A stretch of 64,000 nt of DNA from Nitrosopumilus sp. (GCA_965205425.1 CBDBGZ010000009.1:448001-512000); one strand, 5' to 3'; shown: positions 50,653-61,460, counted from the first letter of the stretch. Numbers and translations are program-made. The notes: generated by a model not told the origin, from the sequence alone.

Positions 50653-51832
50653 GACTTAGAGTAGAAACAATTTTGATAACATCGCCATTTTTTAGTTTTT
50701 GATCACCACTAATTCTTTGTTTTGTTTTACAATCAATTGCATGCAAGAATCCTTTTGCAATATCTGCATGAATTAAACCTGCCAAATCTTTAGCCGTAGA
50801 CTCTTGTGGAATTAATTTTGTATCAGGTAAAATAACACCATCCTTGTTTGTTAGTTTTGTCTCGTCTTCTACAGGATATACTACAATAAATTTTAGAGAA
50901 TCAAATACTGCAGTGTTCAAAATCTTTTGAATGCCAGTAGACGGAATTTTTGAAAAAACTGATTTTACTAAATCAAGAGCTTTTTGTTGTGGAGGTGGAA
51001 TTTCTTTTCCTTCAACAGTTGTAAAACCTTCATCACCAGAAGAATAGTTCACAATGCCAGCTTTTGATGCTTTACGTAAAAGTAATTCAGTTTCTGCACT
51101 ACATGGAATAACATTGTCTGGGATTTTTTTGATAATGTCAAGGTCTTGACAAAGATCTGCCTTGTTTGCTGCAATGATCATAGGTTTTGTATTTTTTCTT
51201 AATTCTTTTACAAAGGTTTCAATATCATCATCATTCCATTCTTTTGGATTTTTAGCCATAAATCCCAACTTTTGAAGAATTTCTTGAACTTGAAAATCTT
51301 TAATTCCTAATCCAGAAAATCTTTTTGCAATACCATCAGTAAGTTTTGCTCGCTTTTGATCTATTTCACGAGTCATTTTATCCCATTCTCTTTTCAAAAT
51401 ATCTGCAAACCATTGATCAAATTCATTTTGAACAAAAGCTACATCTTCTAATGGATCATGGGTTCCAACTGGTACAGGTTGTCCTTGTATGTCAGTTGTT
51501 CCAGCAATATCAACAACGTGAATCAAAACTTCAGCTTGTCTTGCATCATCAAGGAATTGATTTCCCAATCCCTTACCTTCATGTGCACCAGGAACTAGCC
51601 CTGCAACATCAATGAGTTTAACTGGAATGAACCTAGTACCATTTACACACAACTCATTATCATGTTTTATTTCAAAATGTTTGCAAGCACAGTCTGATTT
51701 CACATAAGCAACTCCAATATTTGGCTCAATTGTAGTAAATGGGAAATTTCCGGAAGCTACAGGAGTTTCAGTTGCAGCAGAGAAAAATGTAGATTTCCCA
51801 ACATTTGCTTTTCCCAATAACCCAATTTGCAA
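50645..51832 (-). CDS. ychF: YchF/OBG-family ATPase
   Basis: GKANVGKST, FPFTTIEPN, DVAGLV, NKAD, TGS domain. Confidence 0.9.
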   Translation of the reverse strand: MQIGLLGKANVGKSTFFSAATETPVASGNFPFTTIEPNIGVAYVKSDCACKHFEIKHDNELCVNGTRFIPVKLIDVAGLVPGAHEGKGLGNQFLDDARQAEVLIHVVDIAGTTDIQGQPVPVGTHDPLEDVAFVQNEFDQWFADILKREWDKMTREIDQKRAKLTDGIAKRFSGLGIKDFQVQEILQKLGFMAKNPKEWNDDDIETFVKELRKNTKPMIIAANKADLCQDLDIIKKIPDNVIPCSAETELLLRKASKAGIVNYSSGDEGFTTVEGKEIPPPQQKALDLVKSVFSKIPSTGIQKILNTAVFDSLKFIVVYPVEDETKLTNKDGVILPDTKLIPQESTAKDLAGLIHADIAKGFLHAIDCKTKQRISGDQKLKNGDVIKIVSTLSRG

Positions 51833-51904
51833 TAATATAAAAAATCTAATTCTACTTATTAGTATTGCAGAAATCGTTTAATCTATGGATTATGATTTCA
51901 GTAC

Positions 51905-52453
51905 ATGTCAATTGTAATTACTGGTAATCCAGGAGTTGGAAAACATACCATTACACATGAAATTATTGAGAGATTGGAATTTGATGTGTTAGATATCAAT
52001 ACTATTGCCAAAGATTCAGGATTATTTGAAGAGAATGGGAATTCAAATGATGTAGATGTTGAAGAACTAGAAAAAATCCTAAAACAAAAGATTTCTGAAA
52101 AAAATGTAATTGTGGGACATTTGGCACCCTATGTTTTAAGAAAAAATCAAGTAAAAATTATGATTGTATTAAGAAGAAACCCTTATGATTTAATTCCAGT
52201 TTATAAAGATAGGAAATACTCTGATAAAAAAATCAAGGAAAATATAGAAAGTGAAATTTTAGGAATTATTGCACATGATGCAATTAATAAATTTCAAGAA
52301 AAAGTATTTCAAATTAACGTCAGTGATAAAACAATTTCAAAAGTTGTAGAAAATGTCATTTTGGTTATGACAAAGAATATTGGAAATGAAGAAGTTGATT
52401 GGCTAGAATTAGTACGAAAAAATAATGATTTGGGAAAATTTTTTGTTGATTGA
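51905..52453 (+). CDS. AK6/Fap7-type adenylate kinase
   Basis: ITGNPGVGK, IVGH, KIKENIESE. Confidence 0.85.
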   Translation: MSIVITGNPGVGKHTITHEIIERLEFDVLDINTIAKDSGLFEENGNSNDVDVEELEKILKQKISEKNVIVGHLAPYVLRKNQVKIMIVLRRNPYDLIPVYKDRKYSDKKIKENIESEILGIIAHDAINKFQEKVFQINVSDKTISKVVENVILVMTKNIGNEEVDWLELVRKNNDLGKFFVD

Positions 52454-52466
52454 TTAAATAACGCCT

Positions 52467-53996
52467 TTGATTTGGGTTAATTACTTGTTTGAAATATCCA
52501 AAACTGATTTAGCTGGAAGAATAGGTACACTCTACACAAATCATGGTAAAATTGAGACACCAGCATATGTTCCAGTAATTCATCCTGTAAAACAAACCAT
52601 CCCATCTAAAAAAATCAGAGAAATAGGTTTTGATTTAGTAATTACTAATGCATACATTACCAGAAATAATTACGGCGATGAAGCAATTGAAAAAGGAATT
52701 CACAAAATAATTAATTTTGATGGTGGAATCATGACAGATTCTGGAGGATATCAAGTTCTTGAATATGGGGATGTTGATGTATTACCACCAGATATGGCAA
52801 ATTTTGAAAAAGGTATCTTAACAGATTTTGCAATTCCACTTGACAAGCCAACAGGATATGGAATGCCAATTAAAAAAGCAGAGGCCTATGTGAAACATAC
52901 TCTAAATGTTTGTAAACAAACTCTAGAAGATAGTGCTGACAATGGTCAGATTTGGATAGGCCCAATTCAAGGAGGAGAACACTTTGATTTAGTTGGTAAA
53001 TCTACAAAAAGTTTAGTCAATATGGGATTTCAAATGCTTGCATTAGGAAGTCCAGTTGAATTTATGGAGTCATATGAATATAGATTATTAGCTCAGATGA
53101 TAGTGGCTGCAAAAAAACAGATGCCACATTCAATTCCTCTACATCTATTTGGTGCAGGACACCCTCTTACCATACCATTTGCAATAGCTTTGGGATGTGA
53201 TACTTTTGATTCAGCATCTTACATGCTCTATGCTAAACAACTAAGATACATTACAGATGATGGTACTCGCTATTTATCAGATATTTCCATATTTCCTTGT
53301 AATTGTGAAATATGTTCAAAATATACTCCAGATGAATTTCGTCAATTAGAAACTATTGAAAAAATCAATGAATTGGCAGTTCATAATCTGTATGCAATTA
53401 AGCTTGAAGTTGATAAAGTAAAACAAGCAATCCATGAAGGTAGATTATGGGAATATGTGATTAAAAAGGCAAGAGCTCATCCAAAATTATTTGAGATGAT
53501 TGAAGTTATGACTGAAAATTATGAATTTCTTGGTTTGAGTACGCCTAAATTTAAAGAGAAAGCTATTTTCTTATTCAGTAGAGAGGATCAATATAGACCA
53601 GAAGTTCAATCTTTCCATAAAATTGTTAGAAAGTTCAAATCAAAGAAAAAGAAAATAATCATCACTAAAGAATCCAATACAAAGCCAGGATATCTTTCTC
53701 GACAATATATTGGATTAAAAAAGAAACTCAAAGAATTTGAGTCATTCCAAATTTGCCAATATAATCCAGTTTTAGGATTAATACCAATTGAAATTTCAGA
53801 TATTTTTCCTGCTGCTCATCATGAAACATCTAGATTAGATTTTGAACCAAAGGAATTTCCTACATTTGAAAAAACATGGAATGATTTCATTTCAAACAAC
53901 AAATTTTCAGAAATACATTACGATAAAGAAGATGAATTCTTAAAATATTTTGTAAAAAGTTTGCCAAAAGAGATCAAGAAAAAATCTTTTGCATAA
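52467..53996 (+). CDS. tgtA: archaeosine tRNA-guanine(15) transglycosylase
   Basis: IETPAYVPV, MTDSGGYQ, HLFGAGHP, GCDTFDSASY, CxCxxC. Confidence 0.94.
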   Translation: MIWVNYLFEISKTDLAGRIGTLYTNHGKIETPAYVPVIHPVKQTIPSKKIREIGFDLVITNAYITRNNYGDEAIEKGIHKIINFDGGIMTDSGGYQVLEYGDVDVLPPDMANFEKGILTDFAIPLDKPTGYGMPIKKAEAYVKHTLNVCKQTLEDSADNGQIWIGPIQGGEHFDLVGKSTKSLVNMGFQMLALGSPVEFMESYEYRLLAQMIVAAKKQMPHSIPLHLFGAGHPLTIPFAIALGCDTFDSASYMLYAKQLRYITDDGTRYLSDISIFPCNCEICSKYTPDEFRQLETIEKINELAVHNLYAIKLEVDKVKQAIHEGRLWEYVIKKARAHPKLFEMIEVMTENYEFLGLSTPKFKEKAIFLFSREDQYRPEVQSFHKIVRKFKSKKKKIIITKESNTKPGYLSRQYIGLKKKLKEFESFQICQYNPVLGLIPIEISDIFPAAHHETSRLDFEPKEFPTFEKTWNDFISNNKFSEIHYDKEDEFLKYFVKSLPKEIKKKSFA

Positions 53997-54034
53997 TTAA
54001 AAATAAGAAAAAAGAATGTGCTAAAAGATGCTGC

Positions 54035-54337
54035 TTATAGAGCGGCGTCTTCTGCCCAACCTTTGATGAAGATACCGTTTTTGTGAAGAGGTACTGGTTG
54101 TCCAGCAGTGTAATTCATTGGCCTCATCCAAAAGATTGATTTTGTTGGGCATACACCGATGCATGCACCATCAGAAATACATCTTTCTGGGTAGAAAACA
54201 AATGCTTTACCTCTCTTCCAGCCTTCAACAGGTTTTACCCTAAGGACATCAGGACCAAGAGTTGTACAGATTTCTACACATAGTGCACATCCTATACATC
54301 TTTGTTCGTCAATGTCTGGAAGTATTGCTATTGGCAT
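54035..54337 (-). CDS. dicluster 4Fe-4S ferredoxin
   Basis: CIGCALCVEIC and CISDGACIGVCP. Confidence 0.9.
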   Translation of the reverse strand: MPIAILPDIDEQRCIGCALCVEICTTLGPDVLRVKPVEGWKRGKAFVFYPERCISDGACIGVCPTKSIFWMRPMNYTAGQPVPLHKNGIFIKGWAEDAAL

Positions 54338-54478
54338 TACAAAATTAAGATTGATTGGTGACTATTTAAACCATGATTGAAATTCATAACCCTGTTATGA
54401 AAAAGATCGATTCAAAAAATATGTACAGAATCTAGATTAAAAAATTTAAAAAACAAAAAGATAACGTGATGTGCACGT

Positions 54479-54691
54479 TTATTTTCTCATTGCGTCTATT
54501 TGACCAGAAGTTACCCAGTCAAGTAGTTCTGCTGAAGATGGATTAAGGTCTGCTTTTTGATTCATCAGATTGTTAACCCAGATCCAGTTAATTTGGTTTA
54601 GAAGTACTTTATTTCCTTCATCGCCTGCACGAGTTTTTGCTACGACAGCTTGATCTTGTTGAGCTATCCACTCATCATAGGTTCGTCCCAT
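54479..54691 (-). CDS. small hypothetical protein
   Basis: 70-aa ATG ORF filling an intergenic gap. Confidence 0.7.
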   Translation of the reverse strand: MGRTYDEWIAQQDQAVVAKTRAGDEGNKVLLNQINWIWVNNLMNQKADLNPSSAELLDWVTSGQIDAMRK

Positions 54692-54804
54692 GAGGATCGG
54701 ATCTTAGCTTACACTAATTAAAGCTTTTGTAGATTCCATGACAGGCATAATGATCGGATATACGCTAAGAAGGTATTAAGGTAGATGCGGATTCATTTTA
54801 ATTC

Positions 54805-56070
54805 TTGAATGTTAAAGTTTTAGGTGCTGCAAATGAAGTAGGCAGATCTGGATTTTTAGTAGATTGTAACGGTACAAAATTACTATTAGATTATGGAGTA
54901 ATGTTTGGACGTAGAGGTTCACCTCCACAATATCCACTACATGTAAAACCAAAAGATTTGGATGCCATCATTATCACACATGCACATTTAGATCATTCAG
55001 GAAATGTCCCATCACTTTTTGTTAGTGGAAATACTGACGTATACGCTACCCCCCCAACATTTGACCTTTCAAAATTATTGATCAATGATATGCTAAAAAT
55101 TGAAAAAAATTCACATCCATTTGATTTACCTGAATTAAATAATATGATGAAAAATGCTAAAGAAATTGGATTCAAGCAAAAAGTAGCCAAAGGAAATGCA
55201 ACTTTTGAATTCAGAGAATCAGGACATGTGATTGGTGGAAGTACTGTATTGGTAGAATCAGAGAAAAAACGTCTTTTCTACACAGGAGATATCAAAACAA
55301 ACGGTTCTCGAATGCTTCGAGAAATGGATTTGGATATAGGAGAAATTGATTTGTTAATTACTGAGAGTACATATGCAAAGACTGAACAAAAACCAAGAAA
55401 AGAATCAGAAACAGAATTAATAGAGTTTGCAAATCAAGTCATGGATAGAAAAGGAATATTGTTTATTCCTTCATTTTCAGTTGAACGTTCTCAAGAAATT
55501 GCTTGTATCTTAAGAAGTGCAAATTTCAAACATAAAATCATCATGGATGGAATGGCACTAAAAGTAAATGAAATTATGTTTAAACATCCAGAATATCTAA
55601 GAGATCCTAAAGTATTTTCTGAAGCAATTAAAAGTGCAACTGCGGTAAGAGAACATTCAGAAAGAAAACGAGCAATGGGCGAACCTTGTGTTGTGATTTC
55701 TCCTGCTGGAATGTTGGTAGGAGGAAATGCAGTTTATTATCTTCAACAATTATCTTTTGATAGTAAAAATGGAATAGCTCTTGTATCGTATCAAGGTGAA
55801 GGTACACCTGGTAAAAAATTACTAGATACAGGAATGGTATCAACTAGAGGAAAAGATCTTAAAGTCCAGGCTGAAGTGAGACAATTCCAATTTTCTGGGC
55901 ACGCAGACAGAAAAGAGTTATTCGATATGATTAAACAAATTAAAGGAAATCCAAAGGTGTGTACTGTTCATGGTGATGCAGAATCATGTGAGATGTTTGC
56001 CAAAGAAATTCATGAACAATTTGGTTTAGAAACATTTTCACCTGCGGTAAATGAAGAAATTACCATCTAA
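54805..56070 (+). CDS. beta-CASP MBL-fold ribonuclease (aCPSF-like)
   Basis: GAANEVGRS, THAHLDH, GHVIG, TESTY, FSGHAD, VHGD. Confidence 0.92.
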   Translation: MNVKVLGAANEVGRSGFLVDCNGTKLLLDYGVMFGRRGSPPQYPLHVKPKDLDAIIITHAHLDHSGNVPSLFVSGNTDVYATPPTFDLSKLLINDMLKIEKNSHPFDLPELNNMMKNAKEIGFKQKVAKGNATFEFRESGHVIGGSTVLVESEKKRLFYTGDIKTNGSRMLREMDLDIGEIDLLITESTYAKTEQKPRKESETELIEFANQVMDRKGILFIPSFSVERSQEIACILRSANFKHKIIMDGMALKVNEIMFKHPEYLRDPKVFSEAIKSATAVREHSERKRAMGEPCVVISPAGMLVGGNAVYYLQQLSFDSKNGIALVSYQGEGTPGKKLLDTGMVSTRGKDLKVQAEVRQFQFSGHADRKELFDMIKQIKGNPKVCTVHGDAESCEMFAKEIHEQFGLETFSPAVNEEITI

Positions 56071-56914
56071 GATGCAAAATAATTGCATCATAAACGTAGA
56101 TAATTCAATCAATAGTGGTCAAGTATTTCTTTGGAAAAAAAATGGCAAAAATTGGTACGGTGTTAATGGTAGAGATATTTTAAAAATATCCGATTCTGGA
56201 ACTGTAAAATCTTATCAAAACATTAAAACTGATTTTTTTCGAAAAAGAGACAATATTGAAAAAATAATTAAATCAATTTCAAAAGATGATATTACAAAAA
56301 AAGCAGTTAAACAATACTTAGGATTAAGAATACTTGAACAAGATCCTTTTCAGTGTTTAATTTCATTTATTGTGTCATCAAACTCTAACATTCAAAAAAT
56401 CAAAAGTAGTTTAGAAAATGTTTCAAAAAAACTTGGAAATAAAGTAGAATTTGATAATCAAGAATTTTTTTTATTTCCTAAACCATCTAAACTTGCTAAA
56501 GCATCAATAAATGAGATTAAAAGCTGTGGTGTTGGATACCGTGCTAAATTCATTAAGGAAGCTGCAAAAATGGTATTGTTTAAAAAAATTGATTTTGAAT
56601 CTTTACAAAAAAATAGTTACCAAGAAGCAAAAGAAAAAATTTGTCAAATTCCAGGAGTTGGAAACAAAGTAGCTGATTGTGTTTTGTTATTTTCATTAAA
56701 CAAACTAGAATCTTTTCCCTTAGATAGATGGATGATAAGAATATTAGAAAAATATTATTCGGAACAATTTCAACTTGAAACTAAAACTATTACAGAAAAA
56801 CAATATGAGATTCTTCATAAAAAAATTGTAAATCATTTTGGTCCATTTGCAGGATATTCACAACAATTTCTTTTTAAGATGGAAAGAGAAAATTACCAAA
56901 AAAAGTGGCTGTAA
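56051..56914 (+). CDS. 8-oxoguanine DNA glycosylase (Ogg1-like)
   Basis: SGQVFLW, QDPFQCLISFI, HhH IPGVGNKVADC, FPLD. Confidence 0.88.
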   Translation: MKKLPSKMQNNCIINVDNSINSGQVFLWKKNGKNWYGVNGRDILKISDSGTVKSYQNIKTDFFRKRDNIEKIIKSISKDDITKKAVKQYLGLRILEQDPFQCLISFIVSSNSNIQKIKSSLENVSKKLGNKVEFDNQEFFLFPKPSKLAKASINEIKSCGVGYRAKFIKEAAKMVLFKKIDFESLQKNSYQEAKEKICQIPGVGNKVADCVLLFSLNKLESFPLDRWMIRILEKYYSEQFQLETKTITEKQYEILHKKIVNHFGPFAGYSQQFLFKMERENYQKKWL

Positions 56915-56997
56915 ACCCTTAAAGTATGAAAATATCACTGTAAAAGAATTCAGAGAGTGTATTTTAGTAGAATTATGTTAAATTTGACATAATTTTA

Positions 56998-57111
56998 TCA
57001 AAGATTAAGGCAACACCTCATGCCCTCTCTTGTACCCTGAGAACTTGTGATACTCATAGTCAGTAAAGGAGTTTGGCATTTACACTTACAAAAGGTCTTC
57101 ATCGATTCCAT
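56998..57111 (-). CDS. possible 37-aa Cys-rich peptide, not in the ORF track
   Basis: MESMKTFCKCKCQTPLLTMSITSSQGTREGMRCCLNL; co-oriented and downstream of the Zn-finger ORF. Confidence 0.4.
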   Translation of the reverse strand: MESMKTFCKCKCQTPLLTMSITSSQGTREGMRCCLNL

Positions 57112-57166
57112 TATGACAAGGATCTAAATGAAATGCACGGATCGTTTTGTGCTATGTAATGGTGTA

Positions 57167-57382
57167 CTACATTCGTTTTACTGTCCGAACAAGCTGTAAC
57201 TGTCTCCTATTTTTTGTATTTCTTGGCCTTGTTCGTAACACAAAATTACAACACGGGCAGTGCTTTCCATCCCAATACATGAAAATATCACAAATTGAGC
57301 ACATCTTTTGGCCCTGAATGTATCTATTAATTCCATGAGTTCTTTTTGCCTTGTGTGATTCACAGATTCCTTTGCAGACCAT
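57167..57382 (-). CDS. small zinc-finger protein
   Basis: CKGIC, CSIC, CPCC..LRTRPR. Confidence 0.8.
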   Translation of the reverse strand: MVCKGICESHKAKRTHGINRYIQGQKMCSICDIFMYWDGKHCPCCNFVLRTRPRNTKNRRQLQLVRTVKRM

Positions 57383-57489
57383 TTATGAAATTGTACCTGA
57401 AAATACAATATATCAACCAATAGGTCATCTTTTTGTATTAGATTAGTTGTATAATTGATTCAATTTGATCATATTCTCAATATTTCTAC

Positions 57490-58266
57490 AGTAAGATCCA
57501 AAGCTGAGAATTAATTATTCTTAAAGCATGTTCAACCATATAAAACTAGCAAAAAGACCAAGAACAATTCCTATCCATAACAGGAATAACTGTTCCACAG
57601 TTTGATTCTCTATCCAAAGAGATTCAAAAACAATACAAAACTACAGAAGAAAAGCGATTGTCAAAACAAAAAAGAAAACGCAGTGACAATTACTGACGAT
57701 TCTCATGGTGACGCGCCACAGTTCAAAAAGTTACTTGATGAGGCACTACAAAACATTGAGAATTCTCCTAATGTAACATCATCTGAGAAATTACATGTTG
57801 GATGCGATGGTGCATATGATTCCAATGATAATTTTGATGAATGTGAAAAGAGAAATGTAATTCCAATTATTCCAATAAGAAAGAATTTCTCAGGTAAGGC
57901 AAAGGGCAGTACTGCAAGAAAGAAGCAAGGTTTCATGCAGCTTGGTAATTGTAAAATGAATCGTAAAAATGTGAAAATGTTTAATCATTTAACAAATGAG
58001 CAAAAGATACAGAATAGAAACAAATGGAAAATTAGAGTTGGTTATGGAAGACGCCAGTCTGCAGAGATTGCAATTTCCACATTCAAGAGGGTTCTTGGAG
58101 AGAATATTTCAGCCAGAGTTTGGTGTAACGTGATAAGGGAGATAAAATTCAAGGTCATGATTTACAATTTGATGATTGATGATGCATTAGCACAAGAGAT
58201 GAATCAGAATTAGATGTTTGATTTGTTTTGAGAATGAAAGTGTTAAGCAGAATTGGGAAACAAAGT
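57490..58266 (+). mobile_element. chimeric IS5-family remnant
   Basis: N-terminal FLSITGITVPQFDSL (ISL2/HTH_Tnp_4-like) fragment joined out of frame to an IS903-like C-terminus (GCDGAYD, GYGRRQSAEIAISTFKR); boundaries approximate. Confidence 0.65.
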
Positions 58267-58311
58267 TTACCACACTAAACCCTTAAAATGGTAATTAATT
58301 GCTAGGTTTTT

Positions 58312-58386
58312 GGGCCCATAGCTCAGCATGGATAGAGTGCCGGACTTCTAATCCGATGGTCAAGGGATCGAAGCCCTTTGGGCCCG
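58312..58386 (+). tRNA. tRNA-Arg(TCT)
   Basis: GGGCCCA/TGGGCCC acceptor; loop CTTCTAA; T arm AAGGG-ATCGAAG-CCCTT. Confidence 0.93.
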
Positions 58387-58425
58387 CTTAACAAAATTAT
58401 TATTCCAAGTTAAGAGTAAAAATTT

Positions 58426-58776
58426 ATGAAAGATTTAGAATTCAAATTAAATTCGACAGAGATTCATCCAAATTCAGAAATTAAAGGAACAATATCAGTA
58501 TCATACCCAGGAAGATATGACGGCGTTGTGATAAATACACAAATTTTGGATTCAAACGAACATATTATTTACAAATCATATAATGAAAAGAAAATCTCTC
58601 AGAATGTTTCAAGATTATTTATCAACAAAGATGTAATGCCTGAACATAAAGCAGAATTTACTGCATTAATTGATTTTAAGCCAGAACAAGAACATGAAGT
58701 AAAATTTAGAGTTTCAATTATAGAACAGCATAAAGAAATTGAAAGTCAGATAATTTTTGCAAAATATTCTAACTAG
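58426..58776 (+). CDS. hypothetical protein
   Basis: 116-aa beta-rich ORF. Confidence 0.75.
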   Translation: MKDLEFKLNSTEIHPNSEIKGTISVSYPGRYDGVVINTQILDSNEHIIYKSYNEKKISQNVSRLFINKDVMPEHKAEFTALIDFKPEQEHEVKFRVSIIEQHKEIESQIIFAKYSN

Positions 58777-59237
58777 AATCTACTCTTTTCTACTATAATT
58801 GAACCTTTCATCCATGGATGAGGTGTACAATGATAATGTACTTCTTGAGGTTCAGTAAACAGAAATTCGTATGAATCTCCAGGTTTTAAAACGCCAGTTG
58901 AACCAAAGTCTCCACTATAACCATCTGCATGACGGTGATCAGGAGTAACAGTATGAGCAGTATCATCATTATTCATCCATTGTACATTATTTGTGAATGT
59001 CAATAGAACAGTTGGATCATTTGGAACATAGTTTTCATTACCCTCAATTAATGCACCTGGAACAATTTCGATTACAAAAAATTCTTCTTCAGGATGTAAA
59101 ATATGATCAGCTACAGATGGTTTTGCCAGGGATTCAGGAAGATAAAATGAAGTGTAAAAGACGGTAACTGTACTCATTCCAACAAGTAATGCAATCAAAC
59201 CTATACCATATGCATGACTTGATGTAGGTGAACTCAT
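58773..59237 (-). CDS. membrane-anchored plastocyanin-like blue copper protein (complex III acceptor)
   Basis: TM helix; HTVT and YHCTPHPWM type-1 copper ligands. Confidence 0.92.
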   Translation of the reverse strand: MSSPTSSHAYGIGLIALLVGMSTVTVFYTSFYLPESLAKPSVADHILHPEEEFFVIEIVPGALIEGNENYVPNDPTVLLTFTNNVQWMNNDDTAHTVTPDHRHADGYSGDFGSTGVLKPGDSYEFLFTEPQEVHYHCTPHPWMKGSIIVEKSRF

Positions 59238-60835
59238 TATTTTTTCACTCCATCAAGATCTGAAGAATTAATATTTGGATTTGTATCAGTTCCAACTCCT
59301 AAATCAGCTTGAGTTTTTGGTGTAGGTACTTCAGGTGCTAATTCTTTTGTTTCAGGTTTATCATTAGATGTTCCTTCACTTTCAGGTAGTTTACTTTGTT
59401 CTACTGTTGCTTCTGGCTCTGCAAGTTTTGGTTTCTCTTCAACTACAGGAATAGGTGCTGGTGGAGGTGCATTCTTTTGTTGACTCATTGCATATCTGTA
59501 AACATGGAAGAATGCTGCAAACACAAGCAAAATTATTCCAATATAGAACAATGAGATGTTCTTCATTCCTATCAAAGCTGCATTGTATGCTGCAATGTTC
59601 AAGAATACTTGGAATGCTAATAGTGCAACCAATAACCAGTTTATCCATTTTTCAGATAAATTGATAGTAGCTACCTTTTGCGGACCATTACTTTTTGCAA
59701 GTTTTGATTTTCTTTCTGCTTCATTTGCTAGTTTAATCATCATGTAAGTAAATCCAAATCCTAATGGTACCAACAAGATCATTGTAGAATAGAAGAATAG
59801 TGGATCAATTACCAAACGCTCTACTAACGGGATTGAGATGTCTGGTGAGATATAGAATCCCCAGTATGTTGTAACCATAATTTGGGCAAGACTGGTAATA
59901 CCAAATGCAGTAATTATTGGTCTATCTCTCCATGAGAATTTCTTGTATCTATCGATAAATGGAATTAGTACAAACGATATGATAAACAACAACGGCCACA
60001 GTAAGCCTGTAACAAATTTGTCATATTGCGTTCTCATGAATGCATAAATTCCTGTAAGATACCACTCAGGAACTGTAACACCAGGCGGTACAGTGGGTTC
60101 AAACTTGAATCCCATATCGATTGGGAAGACGCCACCAGTAATCAAAATAGCACCACCAATTGCCATAACCATTGGCACATCAAATACCAAGAATCTTGGG
60201 AAGTGTACTGCCATTAACCCTAGCATTACAATAGGTAACAAGAACACATGTTGTGCATAGAATCTTAATACAAAGTCGGAGAATCCACTACCCAGCGCCG
60301 CATCACGAATTGTAGGTCCCACAACGGGAATTGATGTCGTTAACGACGCGGCAATACTAATTGCAAGTTCCGCTCTTTCACTGAATATAACATCATATCC
60401 TGTAAAGGCTTCAAGAATAGTAACAGTACCAAGAATGACACCAGTCATCCACAAAACTTCGTTTCTAATTTTGTATCTTCCACTAAAGTATTGATAATAC
60501 ATGTGAAGAACAGCTAAAAGAACCATAGCGTTTGAACCATGGTAGTGAATATTTCTAATATGAAAACCGAATGGAACTTCATCATTGATGAATTGAACAC
60601 TATCCCAAGCTCTATCCAGAATTGGTTGATAGTAAAACATTAGCAAAGCTCCTGAAACTCCAAGAATTATGAATACAATGAATGTGAGCATTCCTAAAAA
60701 TCCAAACGGACTTACAAATCTTGCAGGGAATGAAAATTTAATTGCAGTGAAGATAGTTCTGTCTACTCCATCCCAAAGCCAATAAAGGAATGCTACAACC
60801 CCAGTTTTTCTTTCAAGCGAAACGGCCATATCCAA
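59237..60835 (-). CDS. petB: cytochrome b of complex III
   Basis: RNIHYHGSN, VLHM, YAQHVF, MAVHF and PEWY motif. Confidence 0.94.
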   Translation of the reverse strand: MDMAVSLERKTGVVAFLYWLWDGVDRTIFTAIKFSFPARFVSPFGFLGMLTFIVFIILGVSGALLMFYYQPILDRAWDSVQFINDEVPFGFHIRNIHYHGSNAMVLLAVLHMYYQYFSGRYKIRNEVLWMTGVILGTVTILEAFTGYDVIFSERAELAISIAASLTTSIPVVGPTIRDAALGSGFSDFVLRFYAQHVFLLPIVMLGLMAVHFPRFLVFDVPMVMAIGGAILITGGVFPIDMGFKFEPTVPPGVTVPEWYLTGIYAFMRTQYDKFVTGLLWPLLFIISFVLIPFIDRYKKFSWRDRPIITAFGITSLAQIMVTTYWGFYISPDISIPLVERLVIDPLFFYSTMILLVPLGFGFTYMMIKLANEAERKSKLAKSNGPQKVATINLSEKWINWLLVALLAFQVFLNIAAYNAALIGMKNISLFYIGIILLVFAAFFHVYRYAMSQQKNAPPPAPIPVVEEKPKLAEPEATVEQSKLPESEGTSNDKPETKELAPEVPTPKTQADLGVGTDTNPNINSSDLDGVKK

Positions 60836-61418
60836 TTACTCCATTATCATTTGCATTAAACTTCGGCGGCATGATGAATACTAAACCATCTGAATCAATA
60901 TCTAAAGTTAATTTTGGTAATGTGTTTGATGGTGCAGCTTGTACTGATGCGGGACCAACAAAAGCAGTTCCAGTGATTGGATCATACATACTACCATGAC
61001 AAGGACATTCACCTCTTTTCCTCCCATCATCAGGCCAATATTTCCAAAGACACCAAAGATGTAAACAAATCATACTATAAGCTCGTAAAGAAGTTATATC
61101 GTTTTTTCCTCCACCTAATTCTTCAGGAAGTCTAATGAACTGCCATTTACGAAATGCTTCTGCATCAAGTGCAGCATCACCAGTTGCAGGATATGTAATA
61201 ACTTCAGCATTATTAATGGGATAAGTATTGATATTTGCTTGAGTGCCATCGGGCAAAATTACTGGGACTCTTTCAAGAGATGCCTGATTTGGATTTGGCA
61301 TGAAATTACCAAATGGGACAAACGGAGTAAATGCTAATCCTGTGCCTGCTGCACCCATTAATTTTAGAAAGTCTCTTCGGGATAATCCGCCAGACTTTTT
61401 TGTCCCCAACTCTGACAT
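60813..61418 (-). CDS. Rieske 2Fe-2S protein with Tat signal
   Basis: SRRDFLK, CLHLWC, CPCHGS. Confidence 0.95.
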   Translation of the reverse strand: MSELGTKKSGGLSRRDFLKLMGAAGTGLAFTPFVPFGNFMPNPNQASLERVPVILPDGTQANINTYPINNAEVITYPATGDAALDAEAFRKWQFIRLPEELGGGKNDITSLRAYSMICLHLWCLWKYWPDDGRKRGECPCHGSMYDPITGTAFVGPASVQAAPSNTLPKLTLDIDSDGLVFIMPPKFNANDNGVIGYGRFA

Positions 61419-61460
61419 TCAGCTATCGTACTCGCCAAATTGCTTATAAACCTATTTCAG

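Noticed and set aside
58773..61418. Complex III with a cupredoxin instead of cytochrome c1
   Set aside because: Known feature of the copper-based AOA respiratory chain.
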